From contig CP065013.1 in NCBI GenBank assembly GCA_016700315.1, forward strand, positions 321,449 to 385,448: a DNA stretch of 64,000 nt, given 5' to 3'. Under the pieces are notes generated by a model. That model made no database searches. It was not told the DNA's origin and saw nothing but the letters and a program-made list of their open reading frames with translations. The stretch comes from Candidatus Saccharimonadota bacterium (lineage in GTDB: Bacteria > Patescibacteriota > Saccharimonadia > Saccharimonadales > SZUA-47). Each line of letters begins with the position of its first letter. Position 1 is the stretch's first letter. Shown piece after piece: positions 27,523 to 36,568 of this stretch. The translations under genes and the position numbers were made by a program.

Positions 27523-28095
27523 CTAATTACTTTGTAGGAGTTTTTTGCGGGAGATTAGGTAGCCAGCAGTGGTCGCACCAATAAAAATCGCCACAACGTC
27601 ACCAGGGCCACTGTTTGGTATCTTACCCTCGGTTGGAACATTGGATTGACCTGTTACGGCTTGTGCGCTACTAGCAGCAGCTTTGGCTACAGCCTCTGCA
27701 TCAGCCTTCTTCTTAGCAGCCTCAGCTTCGCTTGCCACTCTTGCAGCTTCGGCCTCTGCAGCCTTTTTAGCAGCTTCAGCGTCAGCGGCAGCTTTTTTGG
27801 CGGCCTGCTCTTCATCGGTTGTCGAAACTCCGCCTTCACTGGACACAACACCGTCAGCTTGATCGGCTTTTTGCTCAACAATTGTAGCTACTTGTTTGGC
27901 GTTGTCATTACCTTTTAGCTTGCGCCATGCCCAGCGGCCGCCAAAAAAGGCGCCCATAATCACAGCGACCGTAACAATCAGACTCAAAAGAGCTAAAGCC
28001 CAGGCGCTAGCCGAGTTATTTGCCCGCTTAGCAGCATAGTACTCCTGTAGTTCTGGTATGTCGGTGTCAGCTCTCTGACGCTTGAAAAATGCCAT
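27523..28095 (-). CDS. hypothetical surface protein with Ala/Lys/Glu repeats and a C-terminal sorting-signal-like tail
   Basis: N-terminal TM, AAKKAAADAEAAKKAAEAEAARVASEAEAAKKKADAEA repeats, and the C-terminus KIPNSGPGDVVAIFIGATTAGYLISRKKLLQSN (motif, hydrophobic stretch, basic tail). Confidence 0.5.
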   Translation of the reverse strand: MAFFKRQRADTDIPELQEYYAAKRANNSASAWALALLSLIVTVAVIMGAFFGGRWAWRKLKGNDNAKQVATIVEQKADQADGVVSSEGGVSTTDEEQAAKKAAADAEAAKKAAEAEAARVASEAEAAKKKADAEAVAKAAASSAQAVTGQSNVPTEGKIPNSGPGDVVAIFIGATTAGYLISRKKLLQSN

Positions 28096-28182
28096 AAGTA
28101 ATACTCCTAATCGCCCACCATTAACGATTTATGTAGCTATTGTACTACAAATTCTACACTTTTGCAAGCAGATTTTAGGGTT

Positions 28183-29823
28183 CTACATCATATCCATGCC
28201 GGCTTGGCCCATAGGGGCAGCTGGTTTTGGCTCTGGTACGTCAACTACAAGCGCGCCCATCGTCATGCTCGTCCCAGCAATCGAAACAGCGTTTTGGATA
28301 GCTTCTTTAGTAACTCTGGTAGGGTCAACCACACCAGCGGCTTTCATATCTACTAATTTGTCGGGGTTGCTGACATCAACACCTTGCCCCGGCTTGGCCT
28401 TACGGACTTGTGGCAGCCACTCGTCAGGGTTGAGCCCAGCGTTTTCAAGAAGGATTCTAAAGGGTTGTTCTAAAGCGCGGAACAAGATACTACCACCGAA
28501 TGACTCTGCTCCTATGCCACTTCCTACAGATGCTGCGGAGATCAGATTGATCAAAGTAACGCCGCCGCCAGGCACAACTCCCTCGGCCATTGCCGCCTTT
28601 ACAGCTGCTACAGCATCATCAACACGGAATTTCTTCTCTTCTATCTCTGTTTCGGTAGCACCGCCAACCTTGATCACAGCCACTTTGCCCGAAAGCGCGG
28701 CCTTCCGTTTATCTAATTGGTCAGTGTCAAAAGTGCTCTTTGAAGCCTTACTCTGTGCTTGTATCTGGGCAATTCTCTCTTTGACGACGCTGGCCTGGCC
28801 GGCGCCCTCGATGATTGTTGTCTCGTCTTTTGTGACAATCACTTTACGAGCCGATCCAATCATCGATAGGTCGGAGTTTTCAAATGTGGCACCCTGCTCT
28901 TCACTGATCACAGTTGCGCCCGTTAAGACAGCTATGTCATTTAAAATGTCCTTGCGGCGATCGCCAAAGCTAGGTGCTTTAACAGCTACTGTGTTGAAAA
29001 CGCCTTTGAGTCTGTTCAAAATCAAGACGCCAAGCGCCTCAGCCTCAACATCTTCGGCTATCAGAACTAGGTCTTTTTTGCCTGCCTGAGCCAGCTTTTC
29101 TAGCAGTGGCACAAGGTCTTGGACATTGCTAATTTTCTTGTCAGTAACGACGACAGCTGGCTTGTTATAGACAGCTTCCATACGTGTTGTGTCTGTGACC
29201 ATATATGGGCTAACGAAGCCTTTGTCAAACGTAAAGCCTTCGACTACTTCGCTTTCTAACTCTAGGCCCTGGCCCTCTTCTACCGTAACAACCCCATCGC
29301 GGCCGACTTTTTCCATAACATCAGCGATCAGTTTGCCAATCTCGGCATCACCTGCACTAATGGTCGCAACCTCGGCCACACGGCCTTTTTTGCCCTCGAT
29401 AGGCTCACTCATTTTTCCTAAACCAGCCAAAACCTCCTGAGCTGCAGACTCAAGACCTTTTCTGAGCTGCATAGGGTTATGCCCAGCCGCAATCAGCTTA
29501 TTGGCTTCGTTCAAAATATGATAGGTCAGCACAGTGACGGTCGTGGTACCGTCGCCAGCGACATCGTTCATCTTGCTTGCTGCTTGTTTGATCAGTTCTG
29601 CACCTACTTTGTAGCCCAGAGTCTCATCATCAACGTCACCGATTTCTACACCTTTGGCAACAGTTACCCCGTCGTGTGTGACGGTCGGACCACCATACGA
29701 TTTGCTGATTACCACGTTACGGCCTTTAGGCCCCATAGTTGTTTTCACTGCGTCATAAAGCAGCTTAGCGCCGCCCAGCACCCTACGGCGAGCATCGTCA
29801 TCGTAAAACACCTTTTTTGCCAT
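28183..29823 (-). CDS. groL: chaperonin GroEL
   Basis: AKKVFYDDDARRRVLGGAKLLYDAVKTTMGPKGRNVV...DGTTTVTVL...C-terminal GMDMM. Confidence 0.97.
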   Translation of the reverse strand: MAKKVFYDDDARRRVLGGAKLLYDAVKTTMGPKGRNVVISKSYGGPTVTHDGVTVAKGVEIGDVDDETLGYKVGAELIKQAASKMNDVAGDGTTTVTVLTYHILNEANKLIAAGHNPMQLRKGLESAAQEVLAGLGKMSEPIEGKKGRVAEVATISAGDAEIGKLIADVMEKVGRDGVVTVEEGQGLELESEVVEGFTFDKGFVSPYMVTDTTRMEAVYNKPAVVVTDKKISNVQDLVPLLEKLAQAGKKDLVLIAEDVEAEALGVLILNRLKGVFNTVAVKAPSFGDRRKDILNDIAVLTGATVISEEQGATFENSDLSMIGSARKVIVTKDETTIIEGAGQASVVKERIAQIQAQSKASKSTFDTDQLDKRKAALSGKVAVIKVGGATETEIEEKKFRVDDAVAAVKAAMAEGVVPGGGVTLINLISAASVGSGIGAESFGGSILFRALEQPFRILLENAGLNPDEWLPQVRKAKPGQGVDVSNPDKLVDMKAAGVVDPTRVTKEAIQNAVSIAGTSMTMGALVVDVPEPKPAAPMGQAGMDMM

Positions 29824-29862
29824 TGTTTCTTCCTTTCGGTTTCAGATTTTTGAATAAAGTCT

Positions 29863-30129
29863 TTAAGCTAGGATCGCGTAAATGTTCTCGGCTTTGACTA
29901 GCAAATAAGTTTTGCCTGCAACTTTTACCTCTGTATTACTATAGCCGCCATAGATGATTCGATCACCCTTTTTGACGTCTGCTACATTCGGCCCGACAGC
30001 TTCTACTTCAGCAGTTTGAGGCTTTTCTTTGGCGGTTTCGGGCAGGTAAAGACCACTTGCCGTTTTACTAACCGCCTCTTCTTGTACAGCCACGACATAG
30101 TCCGCCAGCGGCTTAATAGGTACACTCAT
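29863..30129 (-). CDS. groES: co-chaperonin GroES
   Basis: IKPLADYVVAVQEE...SGLYLPETAKEKPQ...GDRIIY; immediately upstream of groEL. Confidence 0.9.
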   Translation of the reverse strand: MSVPIKPLADYVVAVQEEAVSKTASGLYLPETAKEKPQTAEVEAVGPNVADVKKGDRIIYGGYSNTEVKVAGKTYLLVKAENIYAILA

Positions 30130-30198
30130 TAGTACTCCTCACTAATTAATACTTAAGATGTGATTAACTGATGTAATCTCGCAAATACACACCAGTTT

Positions 30199-30225
30199 CT
30201 AGCACTCACTATACCAGAGTGCCAA
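30199..30225 (-). promoter_or_regulatory. CIRCE-like inverted repeat (HrcA operator) upstream of groES
   Basis: CTAGCACTC-actatacca-GAGTGCCAA versus the consensus TTAGCACTC-N9-GAGTGCTAA. Each half matches 8/9 with the exact 9-nt spacer. It lies ~70 nt upstream of the groES start. Confidence 0.7.
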
Positions 30226-30244
30226 AATCCATGTCAACACACGA

Positions 30245-31009
30245 TTAAAGTTTGGAGAATCGAGCTTTTAAGCTCGTTTTGGCGACCTTCTCAAAAGCGT
30301 CTGTAATTTTTTCGTAATCGACAAAGTCAGATTCTTGATTTACTGATTCTGTATACTCACCTAATACATGTGCGCTGACGAATCCTGCACGATACAGTGG
30401 CTTCCTACCACTAATAAGCCTGCTTAGTAATAACGATGCCCCCAAAAGATATAGATCGTTGGCTCTACCTTTGTGTCCATTTTCTAGTGAAACATTTGGC
30501 TGGGACTTTTCTAGATCAATTGCCACAAACTCGTTTTCAGGACCAAATGCTGCATTCTTAGCTTGAAAGTCTCCGTGCACAACCCCCTTTAAATGCATGC
30601 CCGCTATTCCGTTAACTGCTGTGGAAATAGCAGGTTTAATCGACCTATAAAGTGATCGATCTGCTATATCAACATCTAGGTTTAACTGTCCAACGGTTTG
30701 TAGTCCCCTGTAACGATCTACTGCTAGATATGTTGCATAATTACCTAAATATACCCCATGCAAATTAGGGGTATTAATCCCCAGTTTTACTACGGAATTA
30801 ATTCTTCCGGCCTCATTATAGGCGCGCCGCGTAACCGTATGAGGCTTAACTATAATCTCATTACCGCCTGTAAGTATTCCAGAAAACACCCCATGCCCAG
30901 AAATTAAAGGATCAGGCGTCCAGTATGGGTTTGGGCGGAAGCCAGGAATAACTGTTTTAGCTTCCAGCATATGATGAGAATATTCAGGTGTTTTTGTAAG
31001 TGTTTTCAT
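30245..31009 (-). CDS. protein-kinase-like fold protein (small-molecule or lipid kinase-like)
   Basis: Catalytic-loop-like HLKGVVHGDFQAKNAAF followed by FVAIDLEKS (DFG-equivalent). Confidence 0.5.
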   Translation of the reverse strand: MKTLTKTPEYSHHMLEAKTVIPGFRPNPYWTPDPLISGHGVFSGILTGGNEIIVKPHTVTRRAYNEAGRINSVVKLGINTPNLHGVYLGNYATYLAVDRYRGLQTVGQLNLDVDIADRSLYRSIKPAISTAVNGIAGMHLKGVVHGDFQAKNAAFGPENEFVAIDLEKSQPNVSLENGHKGRANDLYLLGASLLLSRLISGRKPLYRAGFVSAHVLGEYTESVNQESDFVDYEKITDAFEKVAKTSLKARFSKL

Positions 31010-31070
31010 AAAATTTGTAAATCAGGTTACCTAGATCAATTTAGATTATATCACATATTTTATTAATTTA

Positions 31071-31610
31071 CTAGTATTCATCAACGTAGCTTTCTAGAAT
31101 GCGCGGAATCTGTGCCCAGTCTTTTACAATGGTAATCTTATTCTTGCGAATCCTTTTAGGCTCGCTGTCATGCTTAGCAACTAACAGTATCCCACCAACT
31201 ATATCTTCTATCATGTAATCGAGAACATCTATTCTGTCGTCAATGAAGTGTGTGATACCTGTATCCCTAACTATCCCAGCCTTATCTTTCCGCTCAAGAC
31301 AAAAGTGCATATTTTTTGACTTTAGCCCTGTCCGTTCAAAAAAATTATTATGTTTTAGCCACTCTACGGATCGATTTTGAATTCTCGGACCACATTTGGA
31401 AACTAAATGAATTTCTTCCCATTTCATCGATTTATGAAGAAAGCTAATTGTGTCGACTGCACCTGGTATCTCAGGAGTTTTTAAAAAATCAGGGCCAATA
31501 ATAGATTTATTAGGGTTATCTGTATCGGCTCCAATAATTACTCTCCCTATATCAATTCCTAGTTTCCATTTAGGGGTGCTTGGGGGGAATTCTGGATTAT
31601 TATGTAACAT
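31071..31610 (-). CDS. hypothetical protein (possibly HAD-like)
   Basis: ORF. GIDIGRVI and FIDDRIDV give a weak resemblance to HAD motifs I and IV. Confidence 0.4.
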   Translation of the reverse strand: MLHNNPEFPPSTPKWKLGIDIGRVIIGADTDNPNKSIIGPDFLKTPEIPGAVDTISFLHKSMKWEEIHLVSKCGPRIQNRSVEWLKHNNFFERTGLKSKNMHFCLERKDKAGIVRDTGITHFIDDRIDVLDYMIEDIVGGILLVAKHDSEPKRIRKNKITIVKDWAQIPRILESYVDEY

Positions 31611-31689
31611 ATTGTAAATACTATTATAACATCAATTGTAAATAATTCGAGTTTTTTTCGCAGGATCTATTTTGTACTATTATTCATGG

Positions 31690-32556
31690 ATGACCAAAAT
31701 AAACACTAAAGTTCTAATGAGCGGGGCGGAGTTTTTTGACGATGCTCAAGCCATCAACTCATACATGGACGACCACGTACCTGTCGATGTTGCAAAAGCC
31801 GTAGCTGAGCACAACGAGATCATGCGCTGCTTTGCAGAAGCTGGCATAGAAGTAGTCAAAGTCGATCCTCCTAAGGCCTGCCAAGATGGGGTTTACACAG
31901 CCAATTGGGCGCTGGTTATTGGCGGCAAAGCTGTACTGTCAAATCTACCTAATGCCAGAAAAGCCGAAGAGCCTTACGCCCACGCCGAGCTACACAAACT
32001 GAGCTTAAATACAGTTAAACTCCCGCCCGAATTGCGATTCAGTGGTCAGGGCGATGCCCTACCTTGTGGCGACTACGTTTTTGTCGGCAGCCACTACCGC
32101 ACAAGCCCAGAGGTCCACCCAATTCTAGAGAAAGAATTTGGTAAAAAAGTGATTGGTGTCCAGGCCATTCCACAGCTTGACCAGGCTGGCCAGCCTGTTG
32201 TAAACAGCTTTTCGGGATGGCCCGACAGCTACTTTTACGACCTTGATCTGGCAATTGCAGTAATACGACCAAATCTGATAGCTTGGTGCCCGGAAGCGCT
32301 AGTGTCAGAGTCACAAGCCGCGATTAGGGCTATAGAAGGCATAGACAAAATAGAGGTTAGCTTAGAGGAAGCGCTCGGCGCAAGTGCCTGTAACCTCGTT
32401 TCGACTGGCGAGACAGTAATCATGGGGAGTAGAGCGCCAAAACTGAAAGCAGAGCTAGAATCTCGAGGTCTCAAAGTGCTCGCACCTGACATTAGTGAGT
32501 TAATGAAAGGTGGCGGCTTCATCCGCTGCACTAGTTTGACACTAGACAATTTATAA
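31690..32556 (+). CDS. guanidino-group-modifying enzyme superfamily protein (amidinotransferase/DDAH-like)
   Basis: C-terminal catalytic-Cys motif GGGFIRCTSL; ~290 aa. ATG at 31690 is preferred over the TTG at 31672. Confidence 0.65.
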   Translation: MTKINTKVLMSGAEFFDDAQAINSYMDDHVPVDVAKAVAEHNEIMRCFAEAGIEVVKVDPPKACQDGVYTANWALVIGGKAVLSNLPNARKAEEPYAHAELHKLSLNTVKLPPELRFSGQGDALPCGDYVFVGSHYRTSPEVHPILEKEFGKKVIGVQAIPQLDQAGQPVVNSFSGWPDSYFYDLDLAIAVIRPNLIAWCPEALVSESQAAIRAIEGIDKIEVSLEEALGASACNLVSTGETVIMGSRAPKLKAELESRGLKVLAPDISELMKGGGFIRCTSLTLDNL

Positions 32557-32577
32557 GCTTTGTGCTATAGTATAATT

Positions 32578-32907
32578 ATGCACAATCCAGAAAAACCTCA
32601 AAACATTATCCCTCTAGACAGACTTCGCGTAGCCCTTGAAGAATCGCAGACTGGCTCTTACTCTGATCCTGCAACTAAAGAGCAGTTACCTAATAGCCCC
32701 TACAAAGGTGTAGAATTTGCCGACTTCAGTCACCCTGGAACGACTAGCGGTAGACTAGATATTACGGCCAGAATTGCCGCAAGCTACGATAATTCTCGAC
32801 CGCCATCTTCTCCACCTAAAACCCCTGCCTCAAAACTTGGCAAGATCATACAGTTTCCAAAAAGACCTAGCCATACCGACATTCCAGAACCTCCGCAAGC
32901 ATCCTAA
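32578..32907 (+). CDS. hypothetical protein (about 109 aa)
   Basis: ORF only; Pro/Ser-rich. The start is uncertain (TTG 32560 or ATG 32578). Confidence 0.3.
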   Translation: MHNPEKPQNIIPLDRLRVALEESQTGSYSDPATKEQLPNSPYKGVEFADFSHPGTTSGRLDITARIAASYDNSRPPSSPPKTPASKLGKIIQFPKRPSHTDIPEPPQAS

Positions 32908-32982
32908 AGACTAGAAACCAACTACAACTAAAACACTTCAACCTCTAAAGGCGATGCGTGTGATGCAGCGGTTACTCGCCGG

Positions 32983-34302
32983 CTACTTAGGTTTTTCACG
33001 CAAGATCTGCCGAGTTAGGCCTATCTCGTCCCAAGGATGCTCGCCGTCGGCTCGCTCGATGGTTTTCTCATGGCCTTTGCCGAGCAGGATTACTGTGTCG
33101 CCTTTTTTGGCTTGTGACAGAGCAAACTTGATAGCCTCGGTACGATCCAAAATGGTGTAAAGGTCTTTGCCTTCGACTTTGCCTGCCTCGCGTGCTCCTT
33201 CGGCAATCTGCGCCATAATCTGATAACCGTCGACATCGCGGTCGTCCTCTTCTGTCACCACCACAATATCGCTTACCTCGCCAGCTAAGCGCCCCTGAAT
33301 CGCGCGCTTACTTATGTCGCGCCGGCCGGCTGATCCAAACAGGCTAATTAACCTACCCTTCACTACTGGTCGGAGGTCTTTAAAAAGTTTTTCGAAGCTA
33401 TCGGGCGTATGAGCAAAATCAACAATCACATCAAAATCTTGACCTTCGTCGATCCGTGTCATTCGCCCCTCGACACTTTGCAGAGCAGCAATCCCGCGCT
33501 CAATCTGCGACGGCTTTAAGCCCAGACTGGCGCCGACACACACAGCAGCAAGGCTGTTGGCGGTGTTAAAGCTGCCTGGCAAATTACATTTTATGTCCAG
33601 CTTTTGGCCATTTACCTCTGTGTTATAGCTGCAGCCCTTAGGCGTCAGCTTGAGATTTCTTGGCCAAACAATCTTGGGGTCATCAGATTTTTTGAGCGAG
33701 TAGCCAACGACATTTTTGATATCATCGGCAAAATACTGCGCACTCGGATCATCAGCATTGATAACACCAATTCTGCGGCCACCATGATTGCGATTAGCTT
33801 GTTTGAACAGCTTTCGCTTGGCGTCTCGGTAAGCCTTAAAACTGCCATGATAATCCAAATGTTCATGAGTTAGGTTGGTCAAGACAGCGATATCGAAGGG
33901 CACTCCTAAAACTCGGTATTGCGCTAGAGCATGACTTGTGACTTCAAGTACCAGCACTTCCATGCCTTCCCTTCTCATTTTTTCAATTCGGCTAAGCAGC
34001 AGGCCGATTGGCTGGCTGGTCATATGATGAATCTGGGCCTCTAGCTTGTCGTCAACACCATAAGCAACGGTTGTCATAAGACCAGCCTTAATCCCCGACT
34101 CTACCAGCATACGGTGGATCAAAAAACAGGTGCTGGTTTTGCCATTCGTCCCTGTTACACCTATCACTTTTAACCCCTTAGCTGGCCAGCGATGCTTTAT
34201 GCTTTCAGAAAAAGCCACTGCAAAATGTTTGGGCAAAACAGCCTTGTTATATAGCTGGCCTTTCAGCATTTTTTCTGCCACTTGTTTGGCTCGTAAGTTC
34301 AT
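32983..34302 (-). CDS. Mur ligase family protein (MurE-like)
   Basis: ATP-binding GVTGTNGKTST, the central domain and the C-terminal domain (DFAHTPDS). At 439 aa it is shorter than canonical MurE. Confidence 0.8.
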   Translation of the reverse strand: MNLRAKQVAEKMLKGQLYNKAVLPKHFAVAFSESIKHRWPAKGLKVIGVTGTNGKTSTCFLIHRMLVESGIKAGLMTTVAYGVDDKLEAQIHHMTSQPIGLLLSRIEKMRREGMEVLVLEVTSHALAQYRVLGVPFDIAVLTNLTHEHLDYHGSFKAYRDAKRKLFKQANRNHGGRRIGVINADDPSAQYFADDIKNVVGYSLKKSDDPKIVWPRNLKLTPKGCSYNTEVNGQKLDIKCNLPGSFNTANSLAAVCVGASLGLKPSQIERGIAALQSVEGRMTRIDEGQDFDVIVDFAHTPDSFEKLFKDLRPVVKGRLISLFGSAGRRDISKRAIQGRLAGEVSDIVVVTEEDDRDVDGYQIMAQIAEGAREAGKVEGKDLYTILDRTEAIKFALSQAKKGDTVILLGKGHEKTIERADGEHPWDEIGLTRQILREKPK

Positions 34303-34507
34303 TGACTCAATTATATCCCGCAGGTCAGGTATTTAGGAAAATATTCAATAACGATCAGTTCATAAATTTTACTAAAACCGAAGGGCCAGCCAAGATCTAT
34401 CATCCCGTAAGCTACCTCCATACATTAAACACCCCAATCAATCAACCCGACTTCAGTTCATAATTCACAACATAACTCACACTATTTAACACCTCTAAAA
34501 CTCCAAA

Positions 34508-34564
34508 TTCACATTTCCCTCCTCTGTATAAGGACGGACCTTATACAGAGGAGTTGGGCGTGAA
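34508..34564. repeat. long palindromic element, copy A
   Basis: ttcacatttccctcctctgtataagg-acgga-ccttatacagaggagttgggcgtgaa. The perfect core is ctcctctgtataagg/ccttatacagaggag. The flanks (about 34440-34640) are also similar to copy B in inverted orientation. Confidence 0.8.
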
Positions 34565-34703
34565 TTGGGCGGTTTGCTCAAGATTTAGAGTGTTGTGGAG
34601 GTCTGAGTTATGGTTAGATCGCTATATGGCTTTGCCCAACAGGTCTAAGGAGCACCGGCTAGCCTTGGTTCTTACCTCTTATCTCTGCTACCATGTAACA
34701 GAT

Positions 34704-35810
34704 ATGATCGTTTTAGGGATTGAAACCAGTTGCGATGAAACTTCGGTCGGGATTGTCGAGCTTAACGATACAAGCAAAGGGGCGACACTCTATGCCAACG
34801 CCGTGCTTTCAAGCATGGACTTACACACAAAATACGGTGGAGTTGTACCCGAAATAGCTGCCCGTGAACATATCAAAGCTATGCCTATCGTTATCGAAAA
34901 AGCTTTTGAGCAAGCTGGCATGAGTTGGGAAGATATAGATGCTATAGCCGTAACTAACGGCGCCGGGCTTGGCGGATCGTTGCTTGTCGGTGTAATGACT
35001 GCACGAACCCTAGCCATTACCCAGAACAAACCACTATATGCCTGCAACCACGTCGAAGGTCATGTGTACGCTAACTTTTTAACAAGCCAACAGTCAACAG
35101 AAGACAGTCGACAGAAAACTCAACTTAGCAACTACCAGCTACCATCTACCACACCCCAGTTCCCTATCCTTGCACTGATTGTCAGCGGAAATCATACTCA
35201 ACTAGTCCTCTTTAAAGATCACTTTGATTATAGGTTACTCGGCCAAACTCACGATGATGCTATAGGTGAGGCTTTTGATAAATGCGCCAAAATAACTGGT
35301 CTCCCCTACCCTGGTGGCCCGTCGATTGCCGCCAAAGCCAAAGAGGGCGATACTCAAGCCTTCGATCTGCCAAAAGCGAAAATGCCAGGTAAGTACGACT
35401 TCAGCTTCTCTGGCGTAAAAACCGCTACTCTAAGACAGGCTCAGGCCATGTGTGGTGAGGATTTCACCTTTCCGTCTAAGAACCTGCCAGAACGCCTCTC
35501 AGAGCCTCAGAAGGCCAACATTGCTGCCGTGTTCCAACGTGTCGCGATCGAAACCGTGGTCGACAAGACAGCTTTGGCTTACGAAGAGTTCGGTCCCGCT
35601 TCTGTGATCATCGCAGGTGGTGTCGCCGCCAGCACGGAGCTACGCCGCCAACTATCTGAACGTCTGCCGATGGACATAAACTATGCCGATATCAAGCTAT
35701 GCACGGACAATGGAACTATGATTGCCTGCCTTGGGGCATACAAAGCTCTATTAGGCCAACCCAAAGCCGAGCCATACTCTCTAGAAATCAATCCCAACCT
35801 ATCTATGTAA
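34704..35810 (+). CDS. tsaD: tRNA N6-adenosine threonylcarbamoyltransferase TsaD
   Basis: MIVLGIETSCDETSVGIV..., HVEGHV, and GGVAAS. The start is set at ATG 34704 because the track's 50-aa N-terminal extension reads through the palindromic repeat. The stop TAA (35808-35810) overlaps the MITE terminus. Confidence 0.9.
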   Translation: MIVLGIETSCDETSVGIVELNDTSKGATLYANAVLSSMDLHTKYGGVVPEIAAREHIKAMPIVIEKAFEQAGMSWEDIDAIAVTNGAGLGGSLLVGVMTARTLAITQNKPLYACNHVEGHVYANFLTSQQSTEDSRQKTQLSNYQLPSTTPQFPILALIVSGNHTQLVLFKDHFDYRLLGQTHDDAIGEAFDKCAKITGLPYPGGPSIAAKAKEGDTQAFDLPKAKMPGKYDFSFSGVKTATLRQAQAMCGEDFTFPSKNLPERLSEPQKANIAAVFQRVAIETVVDKTALAYEEFGPASVIIAGGVAASTELRRQLSERLPMDINYADIKLCTDNGTMIACLGAYKALLGQPKAEPYSLEINPNLSM

Positions 35811-36102
35811 CCCCAGCTCGACATAAGGCAACCCAAGTAAACAGGAATTACACGTTTGCACCTTTTTGGCGAAAATCTCCGTTCCGTGCTCACCGTACGT
35901 TAAGTACGGCTCGGCTTGCGGTACTCTATTTTCATCCGAAAATGCACTAAACACGTAATTCCTGGTAAATATACATTTGTATCTGTAAATCTAATCACTA
36001 CGGCGTATTTTACGTAACAACAGCTACGTAAGATACGACAGAAAGCAATCTTTACTAGCTAAAATGTATATTTATAGGTGTCGTTATGTCGAGCTGGGGT
36101 TA
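35808..36102. mobile_element. MITE-like element copy 1 (291-bp core between TA dinucleotides)
   Basis: Terminal inverted repeats ACCCCAGCTCGACATAA (35810-35826) and TTATGTCGAGCTGGGGT (36084-36100), with TA on both sides and no ORF. It is homologous to 44152-44320 in opposite orientation. Confidence 0.65.
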
Positions 36103-36568
36103 CGTAGTAAATATAGCAACGTTATGGTCTCTGTATTTGATAGTATTGACGAACTATGATATGCTTATGCTTGTAAAACAAAAATGGTTGTACTGACTGC
36201 AAGCCAATGCGGTTCGCACTTTTGAGACAAAATACAACTTAGACAGGAGCTAACAGATGACTTTCACGTGAAAGTTTATGTTGGTTTTTGTCTTTTTTTG
36301 GTATTTTTACCGTTTTATGGTCACCTTTCATTACCGTAGCCTTCATGTGGTCGTGTGAATACGCTCCCCTCGACCTTCCTGTTCAATGTTCTATGTCATG
36401 GCTGACAAATATTGCCTGCCGGCCTCTCTTGCAACTAAAGTATGCTGGTTTTATATTCAACTCTAAGAAGCTGGGGTTCTCCTCATGACAGGCGTCTCAT
36501 GACTCTTGTCTCGCTTGCTTCTTGCTTATGCTTTATACTTACCACTTTCTACTTTATACTTATTTCAT

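Noticed and set aside
28082-29089. 335-aa + strand ORF
   Set aside because: It lies entirely antisense to groEL (28183-29823). The translation is low-complexity (Ala/Ser/Thr/Pro-rich), typical of a shadow ORF opposite a highly conserved gene.
34554-34703. 50-aa N-terminal extension of tsaD in the ORF track; likewise 36506-36568 for valS
   Set aside because: The tsaD extension starts at a non-ATG codon and reads through the palindromic repeat element. The conserved N-termini (MIVLGIETSCDE and MELPKAYTPSDYE) begin at internal ATGs.
36103-36568. T-box leader upstream of valS
   Set aside because: I could not find the conserved T-box sequence (GGTGGTACCGCG-like) or a specifier-loop arrangement. 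Left as an unexplained leader.
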